Shown here: positions 10,126 to 20,680 of the stretch, piece after piece | Layout: the number at the start of each line of letters is the position of its first letter | Position numbering within the stretch: position 1 is the stretch's first letter | Position numbers and translations under genes: made by a program | From: Roseibacillus sp. | Lineage (GTDB): Bacteria; Verrucomicrobiota; Verrucomicrobiia; Verrucomicrobiales; Akkermansiaceae | Reading direction: 5' to 3' | Length of the DNA: 64,000 nt | NCBI GenBank assembly: GCA_051251855.1 | Contig: JBPOGI010000006.1 | Coordinates: forward strand, 64,001 to 128,000 | Notes under the pieces: generated by a model | The model's input: only the letters and a program-made list of their open reading frames with translations | What the model was told of the DNA's origin: nothing | Database searches by the model: none

Positions 10126-11783
10126 TGAGAGAAGCGTCGAAGCGTAAACAAAAGCCAGTCTGGGCACTGTGGGCGAATCCGATTTTTCGTCGTTATTGTC
10201 GCTCCCGTCTTAGGCCGAAGGGTCTGGCGGTGATGCTGCTGATGACTTTGATTCTAGCAGGGTTTTTCTTTGGTCTCTTCCGTGCCTTGGCGATGCGCGA
10301 TTTCGATCCCGTTGATGCGGAGCGGGCGGCGTTCATGCCCTTGCTCGTGATTCAAGTGCTGATTCTCTTCTTTCTAGGGACGGGGCAGGTCGCGGGAGGA
10401 ATGACGGCAGAAGGAGACGAGGGGGTGGTCGACTATCAGCGCTTGGCTCCCATGTCTCCCTTGGCAAAGACTCTGGGGTATCTCTTTGGGCTGCCAGTGC
10501 GGGAGTATGTTCTCTTTTTGGCGACCTTACCGTTCACGATTTGGTGTGTCTGGAGAGGACAGATCCCAATAGAAATCGTGGCGCAGCTCTATGGGGTGTT
10601 TTTGTCCTCGGTGATTCTCTATCACCTCACGGGTTTGGTGGCAGGAACGGTGATGAAGAACCGGCGCTGGGCGTTTTTGATTTCGATGGGAACGATTTTC
10701 TTTCTTTATACGGCGGTTCCTCAGCTCGCGAAGTTCGGTCTCGTCTACTTCAAGTATCTCACCATCTATCCCGTCTTTGAGGAGTGTCTTCCGCACTTGT
10801 TCCCAGTTGATGCAGGGGCGGCGGTGGAAACTCTCCAAAGGCTCCGGCCACCGGCGCGCTTCTTTAATCTCGATTTTCCGCAGGCCGCTTTCACATTGGT
10901 GTCGCAGGGTGTTTTTTCGCTGGCGGGGATTGTGATGATTTGGAGGCGATGGCGGAGAGATGAATCTCACCTTTTGGGCAAGGTCTGGGCGGTGGCTTTG
11001 TTTGGTTGGGTTCAGCTGGTGTTTTTAGGGAACGCCTTGCCTCTGATTCGTACGGGAGAGCTTTTTCCTTCGAGAAATATCGGGGGGATGTTTGGGCGGA
11101 TGCAGCAGCCGTTGTGGGAGCCCGATGCACGTGAGGCGGTATTGATGGCGGGGGTCTTTGGAGTGGTGACCTTGCTCTTTATGATCATTCTTCTATTAGT
11201 GATTACTCCTGAGTATGAAACCCAAGTGAGGGGCTGGCGCCGTGCACGGAAGTTGGGGCAAAAGAGGTTGCCGCGATTGGGTGATTCGGCTTCGAGCTTT
11301 TGGTGGGCGCTGATGATGATTTTCTTGGGGACGGCTGGTTGGTATCTCTTTACCGAACGCATTATCGAGAGCCGCTGGTTCTTTGGGGAGGTAGGGTTAG
11401 GGAGTGCTTTGGCCTTCGCGCTCCCGCTCGTGATTGGGGGATTGGGTTCTCACGCTCTCTTAGAATGGAAGGGGCGGCGGTTTGCGACCTTGGTATTTAT
11501 TCTAGTGGGGTTGGTTCCGATATTAGTGGGAGTAGTGATGGCGGTGAGTTCGGATTCTCTGCACGTGCCTGCGATTTGGGTGGGGGCTGCTTCGCCTCTG
11601 ACGGGTCCGGTGTTGGCGGCGATTAATGAGGTGACCATCGCGGACTTTCCGCTGGATGTGGAACGAGCCTCACCGTCCGCCTTTTGGTTCTGGCAGGTGA
11701 TTCTCTTCTTTGTTGTGGTTCGCCTGATGCTTGCGAATCGATTGCAGAAGAGAATGCTACGAGTGGCGAGTGATTCAAGCTAG
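10125..11783 (+). CDS. ABC transporter permease-like membrane protein
   Basis: 552 aa, many TM helices, NPIF.R motif, translationally coupled to the ATPase. Confidence 0.8.
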   Translation: MREASKRKQKPVWALWANPIFRRYCRSRLRPKGLAVMLLMTLILAGFFFGLFRALAMRDFDPVDAERAAFMPLLVIQVLILFFLGTGQVAGGMTAEGDEGVVDYQRLAPMSPLAKTLGYLFGLPVREYVLFLATLPFTIWCVWRGQIPIEIVAQLYGVFLSSVILYHLTGLVAGTVMKNRRWAFLISMGTIFFLYTAVPQLAKFGLVYFKYLTIYPVFEECLPHLFPVDAGAAVETLQRLRPPARFFNLDFPQAAFTLVSQGVFSLAGIVMIWRRWRRDESHLLGKVWAVALFGWVQLVFLGNALPLIRTGELFPSRNIGGMFGRMQQPLWEPDAREAVLMAGVFGVVTLLFMIILLLVITPEYETQVRGWRRARKLGQKRLPRLGDSASSFWWALMMIFLGTAGWYLFTERIIESRWFFGEVGLGSALAFALPLVIGGLGSHALLEWKGRRFATLVFILVGLVPILVGVVMAVSSDSLHVPAIWVGAASPLTGPVLAAINEVTIADFPLDVERASPSAFWFWQVILFFVVVRLMLANRLQKRMLRVASDSS

Positions 11784-11810
11784 TGGCAGCTTTGTGCAAG
11801 GAATAGCTCG

Positions 11811-14800
11811 CTAAGGAACCTGTTTTACATGAGCTCGAAGGAACTGTGTGGGATTTGTCTCTTTGGAATTCGGGAAGCGGTAGACTTCGACAAGCTTGCC
11901 GGTGGAAGAGCTTGAGAAGCTACCGAGAAGCCTGGCTGGGGTCCATGGGGGTCGCAGGTTGGGGCTGGTCTCCATCGTGAACTCGATGTCATCGAGGCCC
12001 TTCACTCGTTCGCAGATCACGGTCAAATATTCGGCGCCTCCGGAGGTGGTTTGTCCAAAGGACATACAAAAACTGCTTTGGGAAGTAGGGTCCGATCCTA
12101 AGCTATACTCGAGGAGATTGGGCAGGTTGTCGCCATCGAAGTCAGCGGTTCCGACGGTATCGTTGAGTGAGTAAATTTCCTGCCAAGCGAGGTAGGAAGG
12201 GGTCTCCTCGGCTCCTGGTAAGCCGCCATCGTTGGTGCTGGCTCTCCAGCTCGAAGGGAGTCCATGGTTGGGATTGTTTTCGGGCGAGACGAGCACTAGC
12301 GCGGGTCCAGAGCCATCGGTGACACTGGGCCAGGGTTCGGCATCATCATAAGTAAAGTCTTTGATGGCGATACCATCGCGATCAAGGAGGGTGATTTGCT
12401 CACCGCCGTTACTTAAAGCCCCACTGTAAGAGCCTGCGATAAGCGAGGTTGAGACGCTTGGGAAAACTGCGGCAAAGTCGGCTTCGTCTCGGACCAAGAG
12501 ACAACGCTCACCGGGTTCTAACAGATATCCTTCGGGGAAATCGAAAGTGAAAATAATACCGTCAGTGAACTGGCAGCCATCGAGGTTGACTCGTTGATTG
12601 GATATGTTCAGGAGCTCCAGATACTCTCCTGATGTAGGGGAGGGCTCATCGATGGGGTGATAGTGAATCTTTGAGATCACGATGTTTGCTAGGGAGGCGG
12701 GGGTGGCCGCGACGATGTAGGTCGCCTCTGTGATCGCGCTCCATTCCGAAGTTGAGTTCTGGTAAGCACGGGCTCTGATGGTAGAGCTTTCGGAGAGAGT
12801 GACAGTAATGGGGGCCGCTCCAGTGAGAGCGGTGAAGGAGGTTCCTCCGCCAATGGCGCGAGGGTCGGTTCCGTCGGTGGTGTAGTAGATGGTGGCACCG
12901 CTATTGCTTTGAGTGATGGTTAGGGCGTGTGCGGCTGGAACGTCGCCTCCCGTTGGACCTGAGAAGAGGGGAGCGGTGAGGGTGGCCGCGAGGGGTTTCG
13001 GGCCCTCATCTTCGTAACCTTGCAATTGTTGCGTGACCAGAAGTTCACGGCTCTGGTCGGGCCAAAGCGTCTCACCTTGTGGCTTGGGGCCTCCAGTGAG
13101 AATGAAGGATAGGACTTCGGCCTTACCGATATTGAGCCAAGTATCTTTGTTGAGATCGTCGTCACCCCATCGTGCGGCTTCGGCATGGATGATGGGATCA
13201 ACTTGAGCCGCGAGGTCGTTGATGCGGGCGACCGAGGCAGACTCGGAGAGGGGGCCGTTGTTGAAAAAGCTCTTCTGCACGCGGTCCATGAAGCGCATGC
13301 GATATTCGGCGCTGTAGGCGAGGGCTTCGTGAAGGTGTTGGGGGTTGAAGCGGTCGAATTTGTGGCGCCTACGATAGGATCCATCTGACCAAGTTTGGCC
13401 CCAATTGTTTCCGTTAGAGTTGGGGTTGCTCCAAGGTCCGACTCGATTGTAGGTCTTGTCGCTCGTTCCCATGCTGTGCTCGTTATCGTGAGCGAAGAAG
13501 AGGAATCCTCGTTCGCCGTCTTTGCGACGGACTCCGAACCAGTTGTTGGTGCCACTTTTGGTGAAGGTGGAAATGGGGCCGTCATGGCCTCCGGTGTAGA
13601 AGAGGTTGAGGATGTAGTCCGCGAGATTATCGACATTCAATAGGACAGGATAGTTGGGGTTACGGCTACCGTCGGGGTTTAATCCTCTCATTTGAAAGTA
13701 GATTGCGGTGCGCTCGGCCTCGGTGGGCTCGGCGGTGATCGCGAGAGTGAGATCGAAGAGTTGTTTCCAAGCGATGTCGTTGCCATCACTGACTTCCATT
13801 TGGAAAAAGCCGCTACTCCCCGAGCTCTTCACGGTATCGTAGTCGTTGTCATCTCCTCCAAATTGATTGGCTGCATAGTCTGCCTCTGTTCTTTCTTGCC
13901 AGTTGAAAATTCCCCAATAGAGGCCGTTGATGTAGAGGTGGAAGTAGCTGCCTCTGCTGTAAGGCTGTCCCTGATCTCCTTGCGCTTTGCGGGCGAACTG
14001 TTCTCGGATGAGGGAGTTCTCATCATCTCTTGCCCGGCTCCAAGAGTGGTTCTGTTCGCAGCGCATATCGATTTGGTCGAAGCGGGTGACGTTTCCTTCC
14101 GATCCAAAGAGAGGATGAATGAGGTCGCCGTCGTAGAGAGAACGGAAGTAGAGATGAAAGGCGTGTTTGGGGTTGGTGGGATCACGGCTGTCTCCGCCTC
14201 GGATACGGATTCCGCAGTCCTTTTGCACGGCGCTCGTGCCATCGGTATTGATGATTTCAAGGGAAGATTCGCGCTCCCAGAATCGGCCTTTCTGTTCTGG
14301 GTTGGAGTAGATTCCTTTCGTGAAATCGTGGAAGTCGGCGGGAGCCAAGTTCATGCAAACCGAGGGAGCCGACTCGAGAGCGGATTTCAGGTCGTTTAAA
14401 TTTCCTCCTCCAGCGGTGACGTTATCGAGGTCGAGGCCGTATTCATAAACCTGACCATTCACTGGGGCTGAGGGCCAACCACGAGAAGTAGCGTAGGAAG
14501 TGTCCTGATTGACGATGTCGTCCACAAAGAGGTAACTGTGCGTCACGGGCTTTGATGTTCTGTAACCAGCGAGAACGGCGGCTGCGCGGAGGGTGGTGGT
14601 CGAATTGATGATTAGGGGAGAGGTGTAGATTTCACCGTGCCCTGCGCTCGGTTCGCTGCCATCCAGAGTGTATCGGATTTCTGCCAAAGGGTTGGGTGAA
14701 GAGAGGGTGAGGCTAAAGGGGCTGTCGTAGCGACCGCGTGGGGTACTGAAGGTCACTTTTTTGAGAAAGTCGGTGTAGCTTATTGCATTGGGTGCCCCGG

Positions 14801-16043
14801 GAGTAGGCGTCTTCATAAAGCCGATGTAACCTTCTTGTTCGGTGCTACCGTAGCTGTCGTTAGCAGGCTGTGCGGGGTAAGGCTCGAATTGGGTGAGGGT
14901 AATGTGGCCATTGTTGGTGCTGGCTTTCTTAAGGGCCAGATAGGAGCCGGAAGCGGGGAGTTTGAAGTTGGTATGAAGTTCGTTCGCTGGATCGTTACGG
15001 TCTTTATTAGAGGCAAAGACGACAAGATACTCGTTAGGAGCAAGAACTCGATTGGGAAGAGCCCATTGTTCGGGAGTTGCAGGATCGGTGCTGAGGAAAT
15101 GGCCGGCAAGGTTGATTGAGCTACTGCTACTATTCCAAAGTTCTATCCAGTCCTGGGTGACTCCGTCTTCATCCTCAAGTTCACTTTCGTTGGCGACAAA
15201 TTCGCTCATGATAAGGCCTCCTCGGACAATGGGAGGAATGGCGGGGACGACATCTAACAGCTCCCAAGTCAGGTCAGGACGAATCCATGCCAGCTCGCAT
15301 GCAGCGGGGCCTGTCACATTGTAGTAGACGAGTTCGAGTTGAGCGGTGGGGTTGGTGAAGGTATGGGAGCCTGACGAGACGGCAGAAAGGTGATTGCCGT
15401 CGTCAACAATGACGTCCTCACCGTCGATACGGAGGCGGCAGCCATCGTCACAATTGATGATGAAAGTATACTTACCGGGTGCGTTGACTTGAACGGTGGC
15501 GGTGATTTCGACAGCAAAGTTATCAACCCATCCGCCAGGCCAGAAGTCTCCTCCCGGGAAGTTTCCGTCTGTGCCGTTAATGAAATCGACGGTCTCATAG
15601 CCATCGGTAGTAAAGCCACTTCCAGTCGCGTTGACTCCGTTAAGCAAGCTATCTGCGCTTTCGAGGTAGCTTTGGTTGGGGAAGGGAAAGTCTATCGAGG
15701 AGTAGCTGGTTCGGATGGTGAATTCATCGGAGGTGACTCCGATGGGAGTGGGAACAGAAATGGTTACGGTGTCTGTCGTTGTGTTCGAGCCATTGCTTGC
15801 GGTGAGAGTGTAAGTCGTTGTTTCGAGAGGTCGCACCGTTCGAGAGCCTGAAGATGGAGCGGAACCGATCTCTGGGTCAATGGAGACTGAGGTGGTGTTG
15901 TTAGTCGTCCAGTTGAGGGTGGTTTCCTTCCCGTAGATGGGGTTGCTGTCCGTTACGCTAAAGTGAGAAATGACGGGGGACTGCGCAGGGGAAATCAGAG
16001 TAGCAGTAAGCAGGGCCGCAATGACGGCTAACAGAACTTTCAT
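11811..16043 (-). CDS. Large secreted protein: PA14-like, lamin-tail, CotH kinase-like and FN3-associated/chitobiase-like domains
   Basis: Signal peptide; IMSEFVA..DWIELWN and ISKIHYHP..EYLEL (lamin-tail); IRYTLDGSEP; GIRIRG, LYINGLYWG, HDNE (CotH-like). Confidence 0.8.
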   Translation of the reverse strand: MKVLLAVIAALLTATLISPAQSPVISHFSVTDSNPIYGKETTLNWTTNNTTSVSIDPEIGSAPSSGSRTVRPLETTTYTLTASNGSNTTTDTVTISVPTPIGVTSDEFTIRTSYSSIDFPFPNQSYLESADSLLNGVNATGSGFTTDGYETVDFINGTDGNFPGGDFWPGGWVDNFAVEITATVQVNAPGKYTFIINCDDGCRLRIDGEDVIVDDGNHLSAVSSGSHTFTNPTAQLELVYYNVTGPAACELAWIRPDLTWELLDVVPAIPPIVRGGLIMSEFVANESELEDEDGVTQDWIELWNSSSSSINLAGHFLSTDPATPEQWALPNRVLAPNEYLVVFASNKDRNDPANELHTNFKLPASGSYLALKKASTNNGHITLTQFEPYPAQPANDSYGSTEQEGYIGFMKTPTPGAPNAISYTDFLKKVTFSTPRGRYDSPFSLTLSSPNPLAEIRYTLDGSEPSAGHGEIYTSPLIINSTTTLRAAAVLAGYRTSKPVTHSYLFVDDIVNQDTSYATSRGWPSAPVNGQVYEYGLDLDNVTAGGGNLNDLKSALESAPSVCMNLAPADFHDFTKGIYSNPEQKGRFWERESSLEIINTDGTSAVQKDCGIRIRGGDSRDPTNPKHAFHLYFRSLYDGDLIHPLFGSEGNVTRFDQIDMRCEQNHSWSRARDDENSLIREQFARKAQGDQGQPYSRGSYFHLYINGLYWGIFNWQERTEADYAANQFGGDDNDYDTVKSSGSSGFFQMEVSDGNDIAWKQLFDLTLAITAEPTEAERTAIYFQMRGLNPDGSRNPNYPVLLNVDNLADYILNLFYTGGHDGPISTFTKSGTNNWFGVRRKDGERGFLFFAHDNEHSMGTSDKTYNRVGPWSNPNSNGNNWGQTWSDGSYRRRHKFDRFNPQHLHEALAYSAEYRMRFMDRVQKSFFNNGPLSESASVARINDLAAQVDPIIHAEAARWGDDDLNKDTWLNIGKAEVLSFILTGGPKPQGETLWPDQSRELLVTQQLQGYEDEGPKPLAATLTAPLFSGPTGGDVPAAHALTITQSNSGATIYYTTDGTDPRAIGGGTSFTALTGAAPITVTLSESSTIRARAYQNSTSEWSAITEATYIVAATPASLANIVISKIHYHPIDEPSPTSGEYLELLNISNQRVNLDGCQFTDGIIFTFDFPEGYLLEPGERCLLVRDEADFAAVFPSVSTSLIAGSYSGALSNGGEQITLLDRDGIAIKDFTYDDAEPWPSVTDGSGPALVLVSPENNPNHGLPSSWRASTNDGGLPGAEETPSYLAWQEIYSLNDTVGTADFDGDNLPNLLEYSLGSDPTSQSSFCMSFGQTTSGGAEYLTVICERVKGLDDIEFTMETSPNLRPPWTPARLLGSFSSSSTGKLVEVYRFPNSKETNPTQFLRAHVKQVP

Positions 16044-16251
16044 AGATGATTGCAGTCGGGTGCCCTACAGGAGGCTGACATCAAGGGGAAGATGTCGGCT
16101 GAGTGAGGGACAGGAACAAGTTGAGGGGTGAGCAAAGAAGCTGAAACGAGAGACTCGCGAAATCGCTTTGCTGACAAAGATATTACTTGTTTCTTGGCTT
16201 TTTGCCAAGAACTCCTTTTTCGGGTCGTGAAGTGATGCCGAACGGCTTGCA

Positions 16252-16282
16252 AAGAAAAACCCCGCCTTTTGAGGGCGGGGTT
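16252..16282 (-). terminator. Intrinsic terminator after sufD
   Basis: Minus strand AACCCCGCC...GGCGGGGTT followed by TTTCTTT. Confidence 0.75.
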
Positions 16283-16324
16283 AGAAGAGAAATGAGTATT
16301 CGGGGACAAGAATTCCCTGTTCCT

Positions 16325-17584
16325 TTAATCGACGCGGGCGAATTTGGCCTCGATGCGAGTGAGGGCGAAGGCTTCGAGGGCTTCGTCGTCGAATTTTTCG
16401 ATGACGTCGGCGGAGAAGCCTTGCGCGATCATGCGGCGGGCGCTGCGGGGGTCGATGCCTCGACTACAGAGGTAGTAGATCTCTTCGTCACTGACGCGGG
16501 AAGAGGTGCTTCCGTGGGAGCACTTCACCTGGTCGGCGTTGATTTCGAGTCCAGGCATGGAGTTGGCCTCAGCTGCGTCGCTCATGAAGAGGTTGCGGCA
16601 GGTCTGGTAGGCGTCGGTGTAGTGGGCGGCTTCATCGACGAAGATGAGGCCGGAGAAGACGGTCTTTCCTTTTCCGAACAAGGTGTTCTTGAAGAGAAGG
16701 TCGCTGCCGGTGTGAGGAGCTCCGTGGTGTTGGAAAGTGCGCTGGTCGTATTCTTGTCCAGTGGTCGGAATGGCAACGGAGAGAATCTCGGAGTTGCTCT
16801 CGGCACCATCGACGGTGGAGTAGGTTTCCTCGCGAGCCCAAGAAGCGCCGATGTGAACGGAGCCTGTCTTGGTGCGAGTATTTTTTCCAAGTTTGGAGTC
16901 TGCCAAACGGATGAAGTGGCTGTGGTCGTTGAGCTCTTGCGAGACGAGGTAGCGCACTTCGCTGTCATCCATGGCGATGAGGTCGCTGACGGAGACGACG
17001 GTGGCGACATCGGTGTCGTTTGCACTCACGAAACGTTCCAGAACGGTCGCTTTGGAACCGGGCATTCCCACAATGAGAATGTAGGGAAGAGTGGTGATCT
17101 CATTTCCGGTAATGAGGTGAACAATTTCGATGGGTTGTTCACAGTCGATACCGATGTTGATGGCGAATCCACCTTCGCTCTTGGCGCGGTGAAGGGCAGC
17201 CAACTTGGGTGAACCGAGTCGTCCCTGCAGGGGTGGCAGGATGCTCTCGATGCAGTCGCCATGGTCGCGAAGGATGTCGCTCAAGGGGCCTGCAATGACG
17301 CCCTCGGGCACGGTGCCTTCGGTGGCTACGAGTTCGTTGTTACAGAACACAAAGCGAATCGCTTTCTCTAAAGCGGGCTCGGGAAGACCATTGGCTTCGC
17401 CACCATGAACGATGTTGGCATCGTCGAGGTTGGCGTTCTTGTAGGAGCCGAAGCGCCAGTTCTCATCTTTACGAGTTGGCCAAGCCAGCTCCGCATACGT
17501 CGTTTCCGCTTCTTGGCGGAGCTTCTGATACCAGTCGGGAAAAGTAGTCACGGTCGGTTTTTCTTCTGCTAAAACAGCACTCAT
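16325..17584 (-). CDS. sufD: Fe-S cluster assembly protein SufD
   Basis: PTRKDENWRF, PGLEINADQVKCSHG, YLCSRGI; follows sufB. Confidence 0.93.
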   Translation of the reverse strand: MSAVLAEEKPTVTTFPDWYQKLRQEAETTYAELAWPTRKDENWRFGSYKNANLDDANIVHGGEANGLPEPALEKAIRFVFCNNELVATEGTVPEGVIAGPLSDILRDHGDCIESILPPLQGRLGSPKLAALHRAKSEGGFAINIGIDCEQPIEIVHLITGNEITTLPYILIVGMPGSKATVLERFVSANDTDVATVVSVSDLIAMDDSEVRYLVSQELNDHSHFIRLADSKLGKNTRTKTGSVHIGASWAREETYSTVDGAESNSEILSVAIPTTGQEYDQRTFQHHGAPHTGSDLLFKNTLFGKGKTVFSGLIFVDEAAHYTDAYQTCRNLFMSDAAEANSMPGLEINADQVKCSHGSTSSRVSDEEIYYLCSRGIDPRSARRMIAQGFSADVIEKFDDEALEAFALTRIEAKFARVD

Positions 17585-17630
17585 CAAAATTAATTATTAC
17601 TAGATTGTTAGTCGCTACCTAAGAGGTGGA

Positions 17631-19070
17631 CTAGCCGACACTGCCTTCCATTTCCAATTCGATGAGGCGCTTGAGTTCGACGGAGTACTCCATCGGGAAT
17701 TCGCGGACGAGGTCGTTGATGAACCCGTTGACGGCGAGACTCATGGCCTCTGCTTCACCGATCCCACGCTGCTGCATGTAGAAGAGCATTTCTTCGCTCA
17801 CCTGACTGACGCTGGCCTCGTGCTGAGTGACGTGGTCATTACCGCGCACGGTGATGGCGGGGTAGGTGTCGGTGCGGCTGTTGGAGTTGATAAGCAAAGC
17901 ATCACACTCGGTGTTGTTCTTGCAGCCCTTGAGGTGTTTGGGGATGTGAACCTGACCGCGATAGGTGGAGCGTCCTTCGCCCACGGAAATGGATTTGGAG
18001 ACGACGTTGGAAGTGGTGTTGTTCGCGGCGTGAATCATTTTCGCGCCGGTGTCTTGGTGCTGGCCGTCGTTGGCGAGTGCGATGGAAATCACTTCGCCGC
18101 GAGCGCCTTCGCCCTTCATGACGACTCCAGGATACTTCATGGTGAGACGGCTGCCGATGTTGCAATCAATCCAACGAACCTCTGCGCCTTCGTGAGCCAT
18201 GCCACGCTTAGTGACGAGGTTGAAGACGTTCGAAGACCAGTTCTGAACGGTGATGTATTGCACCTTGGCGTTCTTGAGAGCGACGATTTCGACCACGGCT
18301 GAGTGGAGAGTAGCGGTCTCGAACTTAGGTGCGGTGCAGCCCTCCATGTAGGTGAGCTCGGCGTCTTCATCGACAATGATGAGAGTGCGCTCGAACTGAC
18401 CGAAGTTCTCGGAGTTGATGCGGAAGTAAGCTTGCAGAGGCTGCTTCAATTTGACGCCTTTGGGGACGTAGATGAAGGAACCGCCTGAGAAGACCGCGCT
18501 GTTAAGTGCGGAAAACTTGTTGTCTCCGGTGGGAATCACTTTGCCAAACCAAGGACGGAAGATTTCTTCGTATTCGTTGAGGCCTTCCTTGGAGTTCACG
18601 AAGATAACGCCTTCTTTTTCGAGGCCTTCCTTCATGTTAGAGTAGGCGGCTTCGGAGTCGTATTGAGCTTCGACACCAGCAAGGAACGCGCGCTCTGATT
18701 GAGGAACGCCGAGACGCTCGAAAGTCTCTAACACCTCAGGAGGCACGTCGTCCCAGCTGCGCTTGGGAGCTTGACCATCGGAGAGGTAGTAACGAATCTT
18801 TTGGAAATCGATGTTGTCGAGGTCGTGAGTCGCCCAGTTGGTGGGCATGGGCTTGCTCTCGAAAGTCTCGAGTGCCTTGTGACGGAATTCGCGAATCCAG
18901 TCCGCGTCCTTCTTGACGTCGCAAATGTAGTCGACGGTATCCTTGGACAGCCCCGTTCCAGCGTCGAACTTGTGGTTCTCGGGGAAAGTGAAGTCGCCCT
19001 TAGAACGGTCGATGTCGATCGCCTCTGCGGTATCCGCATCGGGTTCGATGGTTTCGGCGTCGAAACTCAT
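17631..19070 (-). CDS. sufB: Fe-S cluster assembly protein SufB
   Basis: [37 protein letters not shown]. Confidence 0.97.
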   Translation of the reverse strand: MSFDAETIEPDADTAEAIDIDRSKGDFTFPENHKFDAGTGLSKDTVDYICDVKKDADWIREFRHKALETFESKPMPTNWATHDLDNIDFQKIRYYLSDGQAPKRSWDDVPPEVLETFERLGVPQSERAFLAGVEAQYDSEAAYSNMKEGLEKEGVIFVNSKEGLNEYEEIFRPWFGKVIPTGDNKFSALNSAVFSGGSFIYVPKGVKLKQPLQAYFRINSENFGQFERTLIIVDEDAELTYMEGCTAPKFETATLHSAVVEIVALKNAKVQYITVQNWSSNVFNLVTKRGMAHEGAEVRWIDCNIGSRLTMKYPGVVMKGEGARGEVISIALANDGQHQDTGAKMIHAANNTTSNVVSKSISVGEGRSTYRGQVHIPKHLKGCKNNTECDALLINSNSRTDTYPAITVRGNDHVTQHEASVSQVSEEMLFYMQQRGIGEAEAMSLAVNGFINDLVREFPMEYSVELKRLIELEMEGSVG

Positions 19071-19816
19071 GCTGCTACCTCCTGCTTTAAAAAGTCGTAA
19101 CCGTTTTTCTCAAGCTCGAGTGCAAGAGACTTGTCGCCGCTCTTCACGATTTTTCCGTCGGACATCACGTGGACGTAGTCGGGCTCGATGTAATCCAACA
19201 AACGCTGGTAGTGGGTGATGACGAGGAAGCCACGGTCAGGGGAGCGCATCGCGTTGACGCCTTTGGCGACCACCTGGAGGGCATCAATGTCGAGGCCGGA
19301 GTCGGTCTCGTCGAGGAGGCAATACTTGGGGTCGAGCATCATCATCTGGAGAATCTCGTTGCGCTTCTTTTCACCGCCAGAGAAGCCTTCGTTCACGGCA
19401 CGGGCGGTGAACTTGCGGTCCATCTCGAGCACGTCCATCTTTTCATACATCTCGTGGTAGAATTTGACGGCGTCGATTTCCTCACCTTTGGGAAGGCGGG
19501 CTTGGCGCGCGGCGCGGAGAAAGTTGGCGTTGGAAACACCGGGAACTTCAGCCGGATATTGGAAAGCGAGGAAAAGTCCGGCGCGAGAGCGTTCGTCCAC
19601 TTCGAGTTCGAAAAGGTCTTCTCCGTCCATGGTGGCTGAGCCGGCGGTGACTTCGTAGTCGTCGTGTCCGGCGAGGACTTTGGAGAGAGTGGATTTGCCG
19701 GAGCCGTTTGGTCCCATAATGGCGTGGACTTCGCCTTTCGGAATTTCGAGGGAAAGGCCCTTGAGGATTTCAGTTCCGTCCACGTTGGCGTGTAAATTTT
19801 CAATAAGGAGACTCAT
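19067..19816 (-). CDS. sufC: Fe-S assembly ATPase SufC
   Basis: [39 protein letters not shown]. Confidence 0.97.
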   Translation of the reverse strand: MSLLIENLHANVDGTEILKGLSLEIPKGEVHAIMGPNGSGKSTLSKVLAGHDDYEVTAGSATMDGEDLFELEVDERSRAGLFLAFQYPAEVPGVSNANFLRAARQARLPKGEEIDAVKFYHEMYEKMDVLEMDRKFTARAVNEGFSGGEKKRNEILQMMMLDPKYCLLDETDSGLDIDALQVVAKGVNAMRSPDRGFLVITHYQRLLDYIEPDYVHVMSDGKIVKSGDKSLALELEKNGYDFLKQEVAA

Positions 19817-19832
19817 CGTCGGTTCGTTCTTT

Positions 19833-20270
19833 TTACTGGTTGGAGCTCGGCATCATGCCTTTCAGGGTGAGCTCCAGCTCCCTGACCTCGACGCCTTGCG
19901 GCAAATCGAGAAAATCTTCAAGTCTTACTCCCTCTTTAAAGACCACATCGTGAATTTTCCCCGTGGTTTCGTCCTGAAAATGGACGTGTTCAGCCAGATT
20001 GGGGCAATAACGAGAGGGAGAGCGGTCGAAATTGACCTGTTTGACGAGTTTGTGACCAACGAGGGCTTCCAAGCAGTTGTAAACCGTTGCTAGCGAGATA
20101 GATGGCATCCGATCCTTGGCTCGCAGAAAGACGTCTTGGGCAGTGGGATGGTCGCGCTCGTCGAGGAGAACTCCATAGACTTCTTTGCGTTGCTTGGTCA
20201 TGCGTAGACCTCCCAGCTCAGACGGGATCTCTTCTGAGCGGTTGGGTGTTGTAACTGGTTGAATTCCCAT
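19833..20270 (-). CDS. Fur-family regulator (PerR/Irr-like)
   Basis: [22 protein letters not shown]; no CxxC. Confidence 0.9.
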   Translation of the reverse strand: MGIQPVTTPNRSEEIPSELGGLRMTKQRKEVYGVLLDERDHPTAQDVFLRAKDRMPSISLATVYNCLEALVGHKLVKQVNFDRSPSRYCPNLAEHVHFQDETTGKIHDVVFKEGVRLEDFLDLPQGVEVRELELTLKGMMPSSNQ

Positions 20271-20314
20271 CGACAGGGGAAACTTAGCTTATTGTCGCCT
20301 AATCTCAAGAAGGA

Positions 20315-20331
20315 ATTGGAATGGTTCTAAA
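20315..20331. promoter_or_regulatory. Putative Fur-family (Irr/PerR-type) operator
   Basis: Palindrome ATTGGAA-TGG-TTCTAAA 45 bp upstream of the regulator start. Confidence 0.6.
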
Positions 20332-20504
20332 AATATCATAAGCTATTGATTTTAAGTTAAAAAAGCTCGATTTCTTGCTGAGGTGTTTTCGGTCCTACGA
20401 GCTAGGAGTTTGTTGAAGCGCTCCTTGAGGTCTCGGCCCGTATGTGAGGCGGGCACCTTCAAAAAGGCTCGACTTTGAGGGGTTCGCGCAGGCATAGTCC
20501 GTCC

Positions 20505-20549
20505 GTGACGTTGAACTACGAGCTTCTTTCGCTCCTCCTCCTAGCCTAG
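20505..20549 (+). CDS. Leucine-rich leader peptide of leuA (MTLNYELLSLLLLA)
   Basis: GTG...TAG, 7 of 14 codons Leu including CTC CTC CTC CTA; 131 nt upstream of leuA. Confidence 0.75.
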   Translation: MTLNYELLSLLLLA

Positions 20550-20680
20550 TGGCCGGGAGTTGAGATTCTATTTGTTCAGCGTCACGGTCGTTTCTTCCTT
20601 CTTTCGAAGAAAACGACGGCTTTGGCGCTTGGCAAAGGGAATCGGTTCGCCAAGAACTGACTCATTAATAACCAAGCAGC

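Noticed and set aside
16187..17212. 341-aa plus-strand ORF
   Set aside because: Antisense shadow of sufD
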